Notes under the pieces: model-generated
What the model was told of the DNA's origin: nothing
Databases searched by the model: none
What the model saw: only the letters and a program-made list of their open reading frames with translations
Position numbers and translations under genes: made by a program
Shown here: in pieces, positions 32,926 through 44,522 of the stretch
How the letters are laid out: the number at the start of each line of letters is the position of its first letter
Position numbering within the stretch: the stretch's first letter is position 1
From: Plasmodiophora brassicae
Lineage: Eukaryota
Direction of reading: 5' to 3'
Assembly (NCBI GenBank): GCA_036867785.1
Contig: CP145423.1
Coordinates: forward strand, 372,001 to 436,000
DNA length: 64,000 nucleotides

Positions 32926-33522
32926 ATGATGCCAGGGATGAACAGCGGTTCGAGCGCCAGCGCCGGCGGGCACCTGTACCGGTGCGTCGTCTGCACCAAG
33001 GAGTTCGAGGCCGCCTCCAAGCTGACCATCCACATGCGGTCGCACACGCAGGAGAAGCCGTTCGCGTGCGACCTGTGCCAGCGCCGGTTCAGCGTCGAAT
33101 CCAACCTGAAGCGGCACCGCAAGACGGTGCACTCGCCCGAGAAGCTGTTCCACTGCTCCATCTGCGGCAAGGCGTTCAACCAGAAGTGCAACGTCAAACG
33201 CCACGAACTCGTGCACCGGGACACCGACCCGGCCATCACCGCGGCGGCCGTCGCCCTAATCGCACCCGCTCGTCAAAGCAAGCCAGAGAGTCCCGTACCG
33301 CAGCCACGACGAGGCAACGCGTTCCTGCATCCGCACGTTGTCGTGCCGCGTGCAAGGCGCCCGGTGCCCGCCAAGCTGCTGATCACGCCATGGGCGCCGT
33401 CTCCGCTCCTGTACCCGTCCGTACCGATGGAGTACGCCCAACGGCACTGGGCCATCACAGGCCAGGCCCTGCTGAACGAATCGGCGCTGAGGAACCCGTG
33501 CCGGTCGCCGTGCGCCCACTGA
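32926..33522 (+). CDS. C2H2 zinc-finger protein (3 fingers)
   Basis: CVVC..HMRSH, linker TQEKPF, CDLC..HRKTVH, CSIC..HELVH. Confidence 0.92.
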   Translation: MMPGMNSGSSASAGGHLYRCVVCTKEFEAASKLTIHMRSHTQEKPFACDLCQRRFSVESNLKRHRKTVHSPEKLFHCSICGKAFNQKCNVKRHELVHRDTDPAITAAAVALIAPARQSKPESPVPQPRRGNAFLHPHVVVPRARRPVPAKLLITPWAPSPLLYPSVPMEYAQRHWAITGQALLNESALRNPCRSPCAH

Positions 33523-33579
33523 TCAGCATCAACTATTTTAATCATGGATACACTTGTTTGAACGTTTGAGCCTGCAACG

Positions 33580-36500
33580 TCACTTCTTGCCCTTGCTGCT
33601 GTCGAACGATTCCTTGCTGTTGCCGAGGTAGTTCAGCTTCTGCAGCAGCTCGAGCGATTTGATCCAGGCGCGGGCGGTGTCGCCGTTCGGCGCCTCGACG
33701 CTTATCGGCTTCTGTGGGCGACGCCGATCGAAGATGGCGAAGCTGGCGGCAGGGTCGGCTTGCTTCCCGATCAGCGGTTTCCCTTGCAGGGCGGGCGTGC
33801 AGGCGCCCGGGCGCACCTCCATGACGTGGCACAGCGCCAGCGAGCCCGCTTTCGTCTTGGCCAGGTCCTGCCAGACCAGGTACTGGCAGTCCTCCGACAC
33901 CGACAGCAACTTGGACGACCCGCCCGGCATCTTGCGGACGATGACGCCCGCCGTCATCATGTTCAGGACGTCCTTCGGGACGCGATCGCGGATGCTGCCG
34001 ATGTGCGAATCCATGGCGGCCAGCTCGTCCATGCGCGCGATAAACGCCTGGCACGCCTTCAGCGTCGCGCGATTCGACGTATGCCTCGTCGCCAGCTCTT
34101 TCACCAGGCGGCCCGCCTTCTCGCGTACCAGCACCGAGTACGACGCCAGCTCGACGGTGACCTATTCGGGTGCGTTAGCGAACGGCGTCGGCGCGTGCGC
34201 GCCCACGCACCATGTTCAGCATGGCGCGAACGAACTTCTCGACGACGACGGCGGCGTCAGAGTGCTCCGTCAGGGCGGTCAGCATGTCGGGGATGCATCC
34301 TTTGTCGAGCATCTGCCGGGTGCCGTACGGGTGCAGGGCGAGGCGCGACCAGAGGACGGCGCTGTTCTTCACGAACTGGACGTTGTGCGTGAACCGGGTC
34401 AGGCCCTCGGCGACCAGCTTGATGAACGGGTCCGTGTTCCTCGTGACGTTGGCCGGCGCGCACGCCAGCGCCGTCAGCGCCTTGACGCATTCCGACCACA
34501 GCTCGACGTTGTCGGGCGCGCGGATCATCAACGATTCCGGCCAGCGTAGCGCGCCTTGCTCGGCGACCTGCTTGCAGATCGCCGACGTCGATGACGCCAG
34601 AATCCCGATCAGCGCCAGCGCCGGTTTGACGATGCCCATCGACAGCTGGTGTTTCTCGGCGCACGCGATCACCTTGACGACGACGTTCTGGTTCGTGATG
34701 ACGCCGCAGATCGTCTCGTTCAAGGCCAGGTCGGCGTACAGCAGGAGGGCGACCTCCGCCAGCGTCGGGCGCGCCAGCAGCGCGTCGTTCTGCTGCAGGA
34801 GGATCTCCAGACCGCGCAGCTTGCATATCAGGGCCGGGATGGCGCCCGTCGTCGTCTGCGTCGACGCGCACAGCTGGTGCAGGCACCGAAGCACGGCGTC
34901 GACGACGACAACGTTCGACGGGTGCGCCTCCCATAACGAAATGCACAGTTGCACGCCGCGCTGCTTCACGATCGCCTCCTTCTGCTGCTCGCGGCATCCC
35001 GACAGGTTCTGCAGTGTCTGGGCGGCCTGGGACTCGATTAGGGCGCGCGCTCATCCATCTGCCGTGGACGAGGGGATATACCTGCTCGGCCAGGACGACG
35101 TGGTCGGCATGCTTCTTGATGGCGTTGTTGATGAGTTTGACGACATTGTCGTCGACCAGGGCGTTGGCGTTCTCCTCGACGGTCGCAAGCGCCGCAACGC
35201 ATCGCATCGCAACCTGGAAAGCGCGGTGAGTTTGGGGGAGATGCCGACGGGAGCAGGCAATGGGTTGACCTGAAGGGCGAGCGTGTTCTCAGCGACGGTA
35301 CTACGATCGAGGACCTGGGCCGCGGCACGGCCGCCGCCTTTCGCCACGATCTCAACCTTGTTCCGGTTGTTCATGTAGCCGACATTCGTCAAGGCGACAA
35401 GGACGTTGATGGTCAGGTCGACCGGCTCCTCGCCTCGATCGATCAGGCCGACCAGCAGGGGGATGCCGTTATCTGCGCCAGCGCATCAACGTAATGGGAC
35501 CCGGGGATGTTCGACAGTTCGCCAGTACCTTTGACAATCTCGGCAATGTTGGCCGGATTACGGTACGCGACGAGCGCCACCGTCTCGACGCACGACTGGC
35601 GAAGTTCGTCGGCCATCTGACCGACTTTGCTGTAGGCGCGAACCACGTTGAAGATGGCCGGGATGCCGCCGTGTATCCCGATCAGCGATTTCAGCTGGTC
35701 GTCCTCGCTCAACAACGCCAGGATCCTGGTCAGCCTGCACAGATAACAACGACGTCAGCCATGCGCAGATGGGGAGCGTCAGTCGACCGATGCGAACCAG
35801 ATGAGGACTGTCGGGTTCTTGATGTGCACACCGAGGGCGCGAATGATGGCCACGATCCCAGTGCCTCTCCAGACCTGAGGCGCTAATTCGTAAGCATGCA
35901 ACGCCGCTGGTGCCTGGCCTGTCTGTACCGTTCGACGGTCCTTCTGTGGCATTGCGTTGGCAAGCCTCCAGATGCCAGTCGCGATCGCTATCGATAGGTC
36001 CATGTCGTCCGGGAACCTGGTTCGCCTGTCAGAGCACGTACGCAGCGGGCGAACCAGTTGCCGGCCTCACTTGTTGATTGCTTCCAGAAGACGATAGAGC
36101 TGGTCTGTGGCGAGCTTCCCATCGGGGACTTTGGACACGTCTTCGCAAACGGATGCCACGGTGGCCTGATAGTGGTCGATAGGTTCAGTCCAGGGTTGGT
36201 ACCTGACCGGGAATGTACGTACCGCCGAGTCGTTGTACGTCTTGACGTTGGTTGTGGGCATTCCCGCGTCCTATTGCGCAACGTTCACGTTTCCAGCATT
36301 CGTGAGCTAACCACTACGGCCTGACCATGACACGGTCGAGGACTTTCAGCGCCAGAGGCGCTAGTGTCTTATCATTTGCCCATTGCGTCTGCAAGAGGAA
36401 CCTGGACAGCGTCAACCAGGGGTTACATCTCGAATCCGAAGCCGAACGCTGACCTGAGGTTCGACTCGAGGTCGTCGGCTTCCAGAAACCCAGATTCGGC

Positions 36501-39500
36501 CTCTTCCATCCTAACACGCTGCTGGTTAGAATGGGGACGATTTGCACGTTATGGGATACGTTCTGACATCTTCAAGCTCAGCATCGCGATTTTCGTGTTG
36601 CCCGGGTTGGCTCGCATAGTCGAGATGAGGAAACTGGCATCCTGGTCCACGAGCGTTTGCCTCAACCTCTGGAGAACACCATCCCGGATGTTATATGCAC
36701 GTCGAATCAAGAGGGGACGATCGTGCACGCACCTCTTCGTCAACGGATTCCCTGTACTTGGCAATCGCCGTTCGAATCTTCGCCGCAAGGCCCGACAGCT
36801 CACCGTCGCCCATCCAATTCGACTTCAGCAACAGCCTATGCAAGGACATGAGCCTTGCAGACGGACGGACGGCGCACGCGATAGACGCACTCCAGATCCT
36901 CGTCCAAGTGGGATACGACTGCTGCATCCGCTTCGCTCAACCTGGGAAAGAGCGGTGGCCGTCAGGAACCAGCTATCGTTGTCAAGAAATAGGCCCATGT
37001 CGTACAGTTTCAGGCAGGCAACAGCAATGCGTTTGTCATTCGGGTGCGCTCGCAATGCCGACAGGATGACGTCGACTTCCTGGCCACATGCCATGGGAAG
37101 CACCTGACCGCAGACCTGTCGCCTGGTCGCATTCCTCAGGTTGGCCAGGAGGAACACCGATTCCCCGCTGCCGTCCTTCTGCGACAACGTTGCCATCGGG
37201 ATCGCAGCCTCCGCCTTCACCAACATGGACATCAGCTTCATGCCTACACGCTTGCGTTAAATCTGTTGTCCATCGCGCGGAGAAGGTGTACGAACCATCG
37301 GCACAGAGGTCGGCATCGGTTGCGTGTTGGATGACGGCGCTCATGATGGCGCGTTGTAGGTCCGCGTTCGTGCAGAACCCTTGCAGAAGCGATACGTGCT
37401 GGGCCATGGCCAGCAATGTGCCGAACGCAGCACGCATCACATCGATTTCGTTTGCGTGCATCACCATGCATCGCACGACGAACTGGACGACGTCGGGTGT
37501 TAGTGCGGGCAGGATCGACTTCGACGGCGACGACAAGATCAGCTGCAACGCTGACAATGCGATTTCAACCGCCTCTTTTTCGTAGTCCAGCAGGACCGGG
37601 GCCGTCGTCAGACATTGTACAACGCCATGCTCGACGCCCCTGAAACGGTATAACGTCAAACACACGTCCGTTTTGTTCATAGCACCAACTTGGCGCCTTT
37701 ACCTTGGGATGAGGTCAGACCGCACCGCCCCCTGCTTGGCAAACGAGTGGCAAGTCTTCAGAGCTTGTAAGATTATCTCATCACATGCCTAGTCGTTTGT
37801 GGTTAGCATTCGTGCCAGTGCAGAAGGGCAGGAGCCGGACCAACCACGCGCTCGTGGAGGACAGCGTGAATGGCGCTGATCAGGCCCTGTTCGTCTAAAG
37901 CGGCGGCGGCGGCGCCACTCGAATCTTCGTTGATCATCGTGTTCAGCACAGGGATCACCTTGACGCTGAACCCTTCATAGTAGGAGAACCGATGCAGGAG
38001 CTGGATCTGGATTGACGACAACGACGCCGAGTTGCCGGCGAAGAGTGGAGCCATGGCAACTAGAGCGCTCTGGTGTGCCGCGCTCTCATCGGCAACAGCA
38101 GCCGCCTGCCTTGATCGTCAGTACGCGGTGCACGTGCAGTGGGGTGTGATACGAACCTCTAACGCGTCCTTCAGAACTTTGGTGACTCCACCTTCTTTCA
38201 TGATTTGACGGGCGCGGGGATTCTGTTGCTGGAGGCCAGTCAGGAGCTGCGACGATGCCCGGATCTCGCTGAGCAGGGCCTCCTCTTTGACAAGGACGGC
38301 GCGTGATCGTACGGCGGCTCCGACTGGAACCATGCTCGCCGCAGCGGGCAACGGCGGTGGCTGTTGCAGCAGCTGACGTAACGCGTTGGCGTTGTTGCTG
38401 ACCTGTTCGAGTGCCGCCTGCAAGTTGGAAATGTTGTCAGGTATAGGCGTGCGTTGAGCATGTGGACAATAAAACTGACCTTGACGAGGACTGGAAGGTT
38501 CTTGTCGACGTCGAATTTCGCGGTGGAAATCGGGACGCTTTTGGCGGCCGTGCTCAGCAGGAACGCTTCCGACTGAGAGAACAGCATCGATAGAATCGTC
38601 ACCGCATTGGCACTGGCCTCCGACTTCTCGTCGAATGCCGAGAACGCTCCTTGTACCTACCAGAGTGAACACATTAAGCATCGAACGTCGTCGTCGATGG
38701 TACGGCATTGTGATTACCGAATCGGCGAGTGCCTGCTGGCGAGCCTCACCAATACGAGGTTTGCTGTCGACGAGGAGACGCGCGAACGCAATCAGCGCTG
38801 CCTGTTCAGGTGAGTTCGCCACCGCCTGATTAATCAAAGGCGGCAGAACAGCAAGTGCAGCATCGCCGTCGACAAGCGCGACATGCACCTGAAGAGCTGC
38901 AGGTGAGGCGCCGCACAGTATTAGGGCGTCCGTCATATAGTACCGTAAGGAACGGGAGCGCTTCGAGAAGGTGCGCTGTGTCAAGGACCGGCAGCGCTTC
39001 GGTGATGGCGCTGACCCAGGCGGTGTTGACGGCGGATGGCGGGGCGCGCGTGATGCAGCGGACAGCGGCGTTGGCGACTCGTCCATCGCGTCGTATAGCA
39101 TCGCGGAACGTTGCCATCGAGGCGATCCCGGCGATAGAATCCGGGTCGAAGCGGACAAAGTCTAAGTAGGCCTCGAACAGGTTCGCGTTCTGGTGCACGG
39201 CTAGTTTAGCGATCGCCATCCCGTTCAGTTTCGCCTGCGTAAAGTTCAGCGGACGATTCATGGAAGCGAGACTTTCGCCAGGGTACCATTTGAGGGAGGA
39301 CGTCAGGCGATCTTGCGAGGACATGTGCCAGACAACGCAGGGCGTTTACCGGGACAGCGCTCCCGCTACTGACGTCCGTCGCTTTCTGCTGTAGCACGGA
39401 AAGAAGTTTCGCAATTCCATTGTCATCCAAGATCGTCTTGCAATGTGACTCGGAGTTGGATGCCAGCGCGAGGACGCTCGTGTTGAAGATGAGGGACAGC

Positions 39501-42500
39501 GAGTCCGGCGATGATGACGTCGCATCCATGATGGCACGTTGCACTTCATTGAGAATGCCGCGGATCCTTTCGGGCGTGATCATCAGCTCACCAATCGCGA
39601 TGACGTCGTCCTGGATTTCTGGGGCACCATAGTGTTGAATAGCACAAAAAGCTATCGCAGCTAGGCCATTCTCATTGTCGATGGCCTCAAGAGCGGTCTT
39701 CATGTCAGCGCGGATCTAGCACCAAAGTCAGATGTCGGGATGGGATATCACAGCGTTCGAGTTACGCACCAAAGCACGAAGGCTTGAAATGGTGGCCGAG
39801 ACCGCGGTCAGCGACTCGGGGAACTGTCGCAGCCCTCGAATGCATGAGACCACAGCATTGTACTGCTGCGTACCATTCGTGTTTGCGTTTAGGTCCAGCT
39901 GGTACTTTAACGCTGCCGCCCAGCTCGCTAGGCTCTCTGCAGTGCATTGCGTTACCATCGCGAAAACCTGGGATAGGCGCATAACTGACCAACCTGCGTT
40001 GGCCAGAGTGCCTTGCTGTGCGAGGACTTCCTCGAGTTTGTCGGCGAGGGTAGGATCCCATCGCACGATTTCGACGAGTAACGGGTGGACGAACGACGCC
40101 GAAGCCGGATTCGTGCTAAGGGTTTGCAGGAGGAAGGGCAGCAGCCCTTCGCGGACGTTGAGCCGATCGATGACACCCGGGACGGGAAGTAAAGCCGTAA
40201 TGAGGTCAGCGGCTTCTCTCCCGACGCTCACTTCATTTGGAAGGCGGGCCCACGCCGACAGGCATGCTTCGACAGCTCCGCATGCCACGAGGCTCTAAGC
40301 CAGCAAGCGTTAACTCTGCACGGTGACAGTCGAGATGGTCGGTGCACCTCGACATGGTGCTTGTTCTTGGATAGCTGGACAAGGCACCGAAGCAGGTACT
40401 GGATCTGTGCCGAGAACTTATTCGTGCGGTTCAGCTCGGACACCAGTTGCAAGATTGTGCTCGAATCCCGTCCGACCGCAGCGGTGCACGGTTTTCCTCG
40501 GCCCATCAACTTCGACAGCCTGAACAAGTCGGCGATCCGTCACGACCACATGCGCTTACATCACCGTAATGGAACTCACACGGCAGCAGCGTCTGATTGT
40601 ACCGGAATGGCACTGTTGATCGCTGCCAGGCCATCGTTGCGGAACACGACACCGGCATCAGGAGCAAACTCAACGATGCGATCTAAGAACGCAACCGATT
40701 CGTTCGTGCCCTGAATCGCTTGTCGAAGCAGATCGTAGTCAGGTCTGCGTCATGGTTTAAGTCAAACATCATGTGCAAATCCTCGAGGACGGCGACGCAC
40801 CGCCTCGTGATAATGCCTGCGAAATGCTCATTTGCTATCATGCCGACCAAGACGCGGATCAAAGCGCTCTTCTGCGTCGGAGATGATTTTCCGGACAGAA
40901 TTGCGTCGATGATGATGTCGGCGCCACCGCATTCGAAAATGGCTTGAACGTTACGCGTGCTGGCCTGCCACATTACATGTTAGAAGCCGTCGAATAACAC
41001 TGACACGCTCGGGTAGACCTTGATAAAGAATTGCAACTTCTCGGCCGAATGTGGCAGTTCAATTTTCTGCAAGGCGTACCGGATCTGCATGCGATAATCT
41101 GCAGACAGACCGGTTGGGTTATGGGAGCGCCTCACAAAGACACGCCGCACCGACCTGTTTTGGCAATGTACGCGGCGCAGGCCGCATGCAGGACCACGAT
41201 CGCCTCGCGTAATGTCTTCACAAACCGTCTTGTGTTCCGGCCGCGAACGTGTGCCTGAATATGGGTGGCAGCATGTGCCTACACATACCAATTTATCAGC
41301 GAGACATGAAGCAGTAAGAACATTTATCGTCTCCAAACCTTTGTCTCGAATCGGCGACGTTCCAGGCTTTCGAAGGCGTCGGCCTTGATGAAGATCTTGG
41401 AGGCGCCCAGGGCGATACCACTCGATTCTTCCGGCTTCAACTGCTCGAGGAGAATTTCCAGGTTCGGTTTCTTCCCGCGCAGATGCAATGGCATAACACA
41501 CCAGTACCGCTCCAAGAACGTATCTGTTATCCGCATCCTCACTTTCCGACAAACGTACACCAGGTATCACACCAACCTGCTGTTCGACGTTGGGCGTATC
41601 CTTCTCTCCGGATCCGGATCGTCTCCAGCGCCCCAATGTATCTGGGAGGTTGGTGATGTTAGGGCGAAATCCGAGCTCGACGTCTGTCCAGAGGTACCGA
41701 AGCTGGCGATTGACGAGTGGCGCGTCGAACACGTCCGGACGGCAGGCGTCGTTTGACTTGATACATCGGATGAAGTTGGATTGGGTGGTAGCGAGTTTGT
41801 CGCAGAGGTTGACCAGAGAGGTGCGGAACTCGAGAGCCACCGTCGACTTTGTCGCCGTCTTCAGCCGTTTGCCATCCTCGACAACAGCGTCAGCCTCGAT
41901 CGCCGACGCGAATATTGTCTTGAGGAAGTCGTTGTATGAGTTCGCGATCAAGCGCAGCAAGTCTTTCGAAAATCGCTCGCGGTTCTTGGACAGGAAGCCA
42001 GAAACTTCGTACTTCACTTTGCCTGAAGCGCACGTTCACCATCGGGAATGGCAAATCCGAAGAAACAATACCGACCTGCATAGTGCTTGATGTGGAATGC
42101 CGAACCTTTGAAGCGGTCAGGTTCGAGGTATGTCGAATTCGCATGCGTTGTGACGATCTTCTGCAAAAGGGTCTGGTCGGTTCCCTTCGGGAAATGCGCC
42201 TCTTCATTGATGAGGAAGAGTATCCCAACAGGCGGCTATGACGTCGAGTCAAACAGCCGATCCAAGCAAGCGCTAAACGGTAGGCGTGGCGTACGAGATC
42301 AACAAGATCGATGCAACCCTGGTTGTCGGTGAAGGCGACGTGTTCGACTTGAATGCCTTCGGCGGCGTATTCGCGTTGCTCCAACCGAAACACGTACTCA
42401 TTGAACTGTAGTTGCAAACGTTCGTTTGCATAATTGATACACAGCTGCTCGAACGAGTTTCTGGTGAAAATTTCAAAGCCGAACACGTCCAACAGCAGGA

Positions 42501-44347
42501 CGCGGCCGCCATCTGAATTCGTTGGCGTTGTCATCTAATAGGGTTGGCCTAATAAGTTCGTTGGTGCATAACGATGTCCGGTCGTACTTACCGAAACGTT
42601 CAGTTTGTCGACGATCCAGTGGAATACTTTAGCATACAGATGCTGGGCTAGAGTATCGCAGGTATCGACCGACTGGAACTGGTCCAGTGGGACGAAAAAT
42701 GTTTCACCTGGTGACCATCAACCGTATCAGCGTTTGCCGTCTATTTGATGCGCACGAACGCACCTTTGATTACGTTGGTTCGTGAGGTCAGGGTCGTTGC
42801 CAAGCCGGCGGGATCGCATCCCAACAGGTATGCCGCCCAGTTGAGGACTTTGGCATAGACAGTCAATCGAATGCCATCGGCAAGGTTCGCCAAAGCAGGC
42901 TTACCATCGGTATTCTCAACGGCGGAAGATTCCGCTTTGCTGAAGGAGAGGTTCCCTAGCCACAGGATCGCAGCCAGAATGTTGAACACGTTGGCCTGAT
43001 CGGCGGCATTGAACCCGGCCACTGTCATCGATGCCTACACATACTACGAGTCACAAACACATCAGGCCGTTGCGATACGCGCTGAAGACAACCTTCAGCT
43101 TCGCCAGTTCGACCGCGGCGTCTTCACCAGAGATTTCAACGCCCACCGTGTTTTTCAAGTACCTGTAATCGGCCGGTCCTCCCAGCTGCCACATCTCTGT
43201 GTTCCATGTTCAGGCTCCATTTACGTCGGCTCCCATCTGGTGTTGACATACGCCGTTCCGATGGGTCGACGGTCGCCAGCAGGTAGTAGAACGAATGGAA
43301 ATTGCGTTCATCCGGGTTCTGCTTCGTCACACGAAGCTTCTCGAGCAGATCTGTTCGGTTGGTTCAGCGACGCAACCTTTGTCGTTGGACGAAACCTACA
43401 CGTTTCGAACAGCGCGCCGGACACGAATCCATCCCCTTGCAATTGTATCTCCAGGAGCTTCCCGAATCGGCTGGAGTTATTGTTGCGGATGGTCTTCGCG
43501 TTGCCGAACGCTTCCAGGATTGGATTTGTAGCTAGAATCCGCTCGTGGACGGGAAACGACGCTTGAACCATTCCTGGCTTTTGGGCACCAGTCTTAGACG
43601 CCACCTCTGCGATGTACTGGAGAACGATTTTGGCGGCTTCGGTCTTGCCAGCCCCACTCTCGCCACTGATCGCGGTTGTCAACCAAAAGGCGATTACGAA
43701 CATGAAATCCACCGACCTGATAACGATCGACTGGTCACCATCGCCGCGTAACAGGGCACGATAGACGGCATCGGCAGTGGCATAAATGTGTGGCGCATGA
43801 TCGTGCATGTTGGATTCTCTGTAGAGATTGACGGCCTCGGGAGTGTAAAGGTCAATGGGTTTGAACGGGTTCACCGACACTAGGATGCCCCCCATGTATG
43901 TGTAGATGATGTCCTGTTCGAACCGCAAACGCAGATTGTACAGGATCGACGCCGTATGCAACGACTCCATCTCGATCATGTCGTGGTAACCTGTTCACGA
44001 ATTAACGCGTTGACGAGCGTCGGTCTCGACGGGCCCAGTACCGAATTCCGGGTAGGACGGCACGTTTAGACAATCACTGATGGGGAAGATCGATTCCGGA
44101 TGGCCTTCGACGCCGTCTCCGACGACCACCATGTTATCAATCGTCCTCACAATATTCATCTGGAACGGGTCGGTATCGTTCGTGGGGAAACGGCAGCCAC
44201 CTCACCTCCCGGTAGACGAGTTCGGGGTCGGGGACGTAGATCGACCCGACATCCAGCGACATCATCAGCGTCTTCGCCTGGTCGGCACCGACCTTGCCGG
44301 CGCCGTCGCCGTCGGCTTTCGCATCGCCGACGACGTCGATATCCATG
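33580..44347 (-). CDS. Large multi-exon unconventional myosin: motor + IQ + long ARM-like tail + C-terminal PH-like domain
   Basis: [68 protein letters not shown]-like exons continue without an intergenic gap to a PH-like end (YLVWQD..RAWIKSL). The motor call is near certain; single-gene continuity is less so. Confidence 0.8.
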
Positions 44348-44522
44348 ATCGCCTTTATCACTGCGCCGTACGACGCGATCGCCCGCTAATATCTCCTCCG
44401 TCATCAGCATCATCGTCACCAACTCATCATTAAAAGGCGGAACTTGTCGCCCCCCTGTAACCGCGGAATGTGTAGAAGACGCGGCCGCACTCCTCCACGG
44501 CAGTCCCGGCAACGTTACAGGC

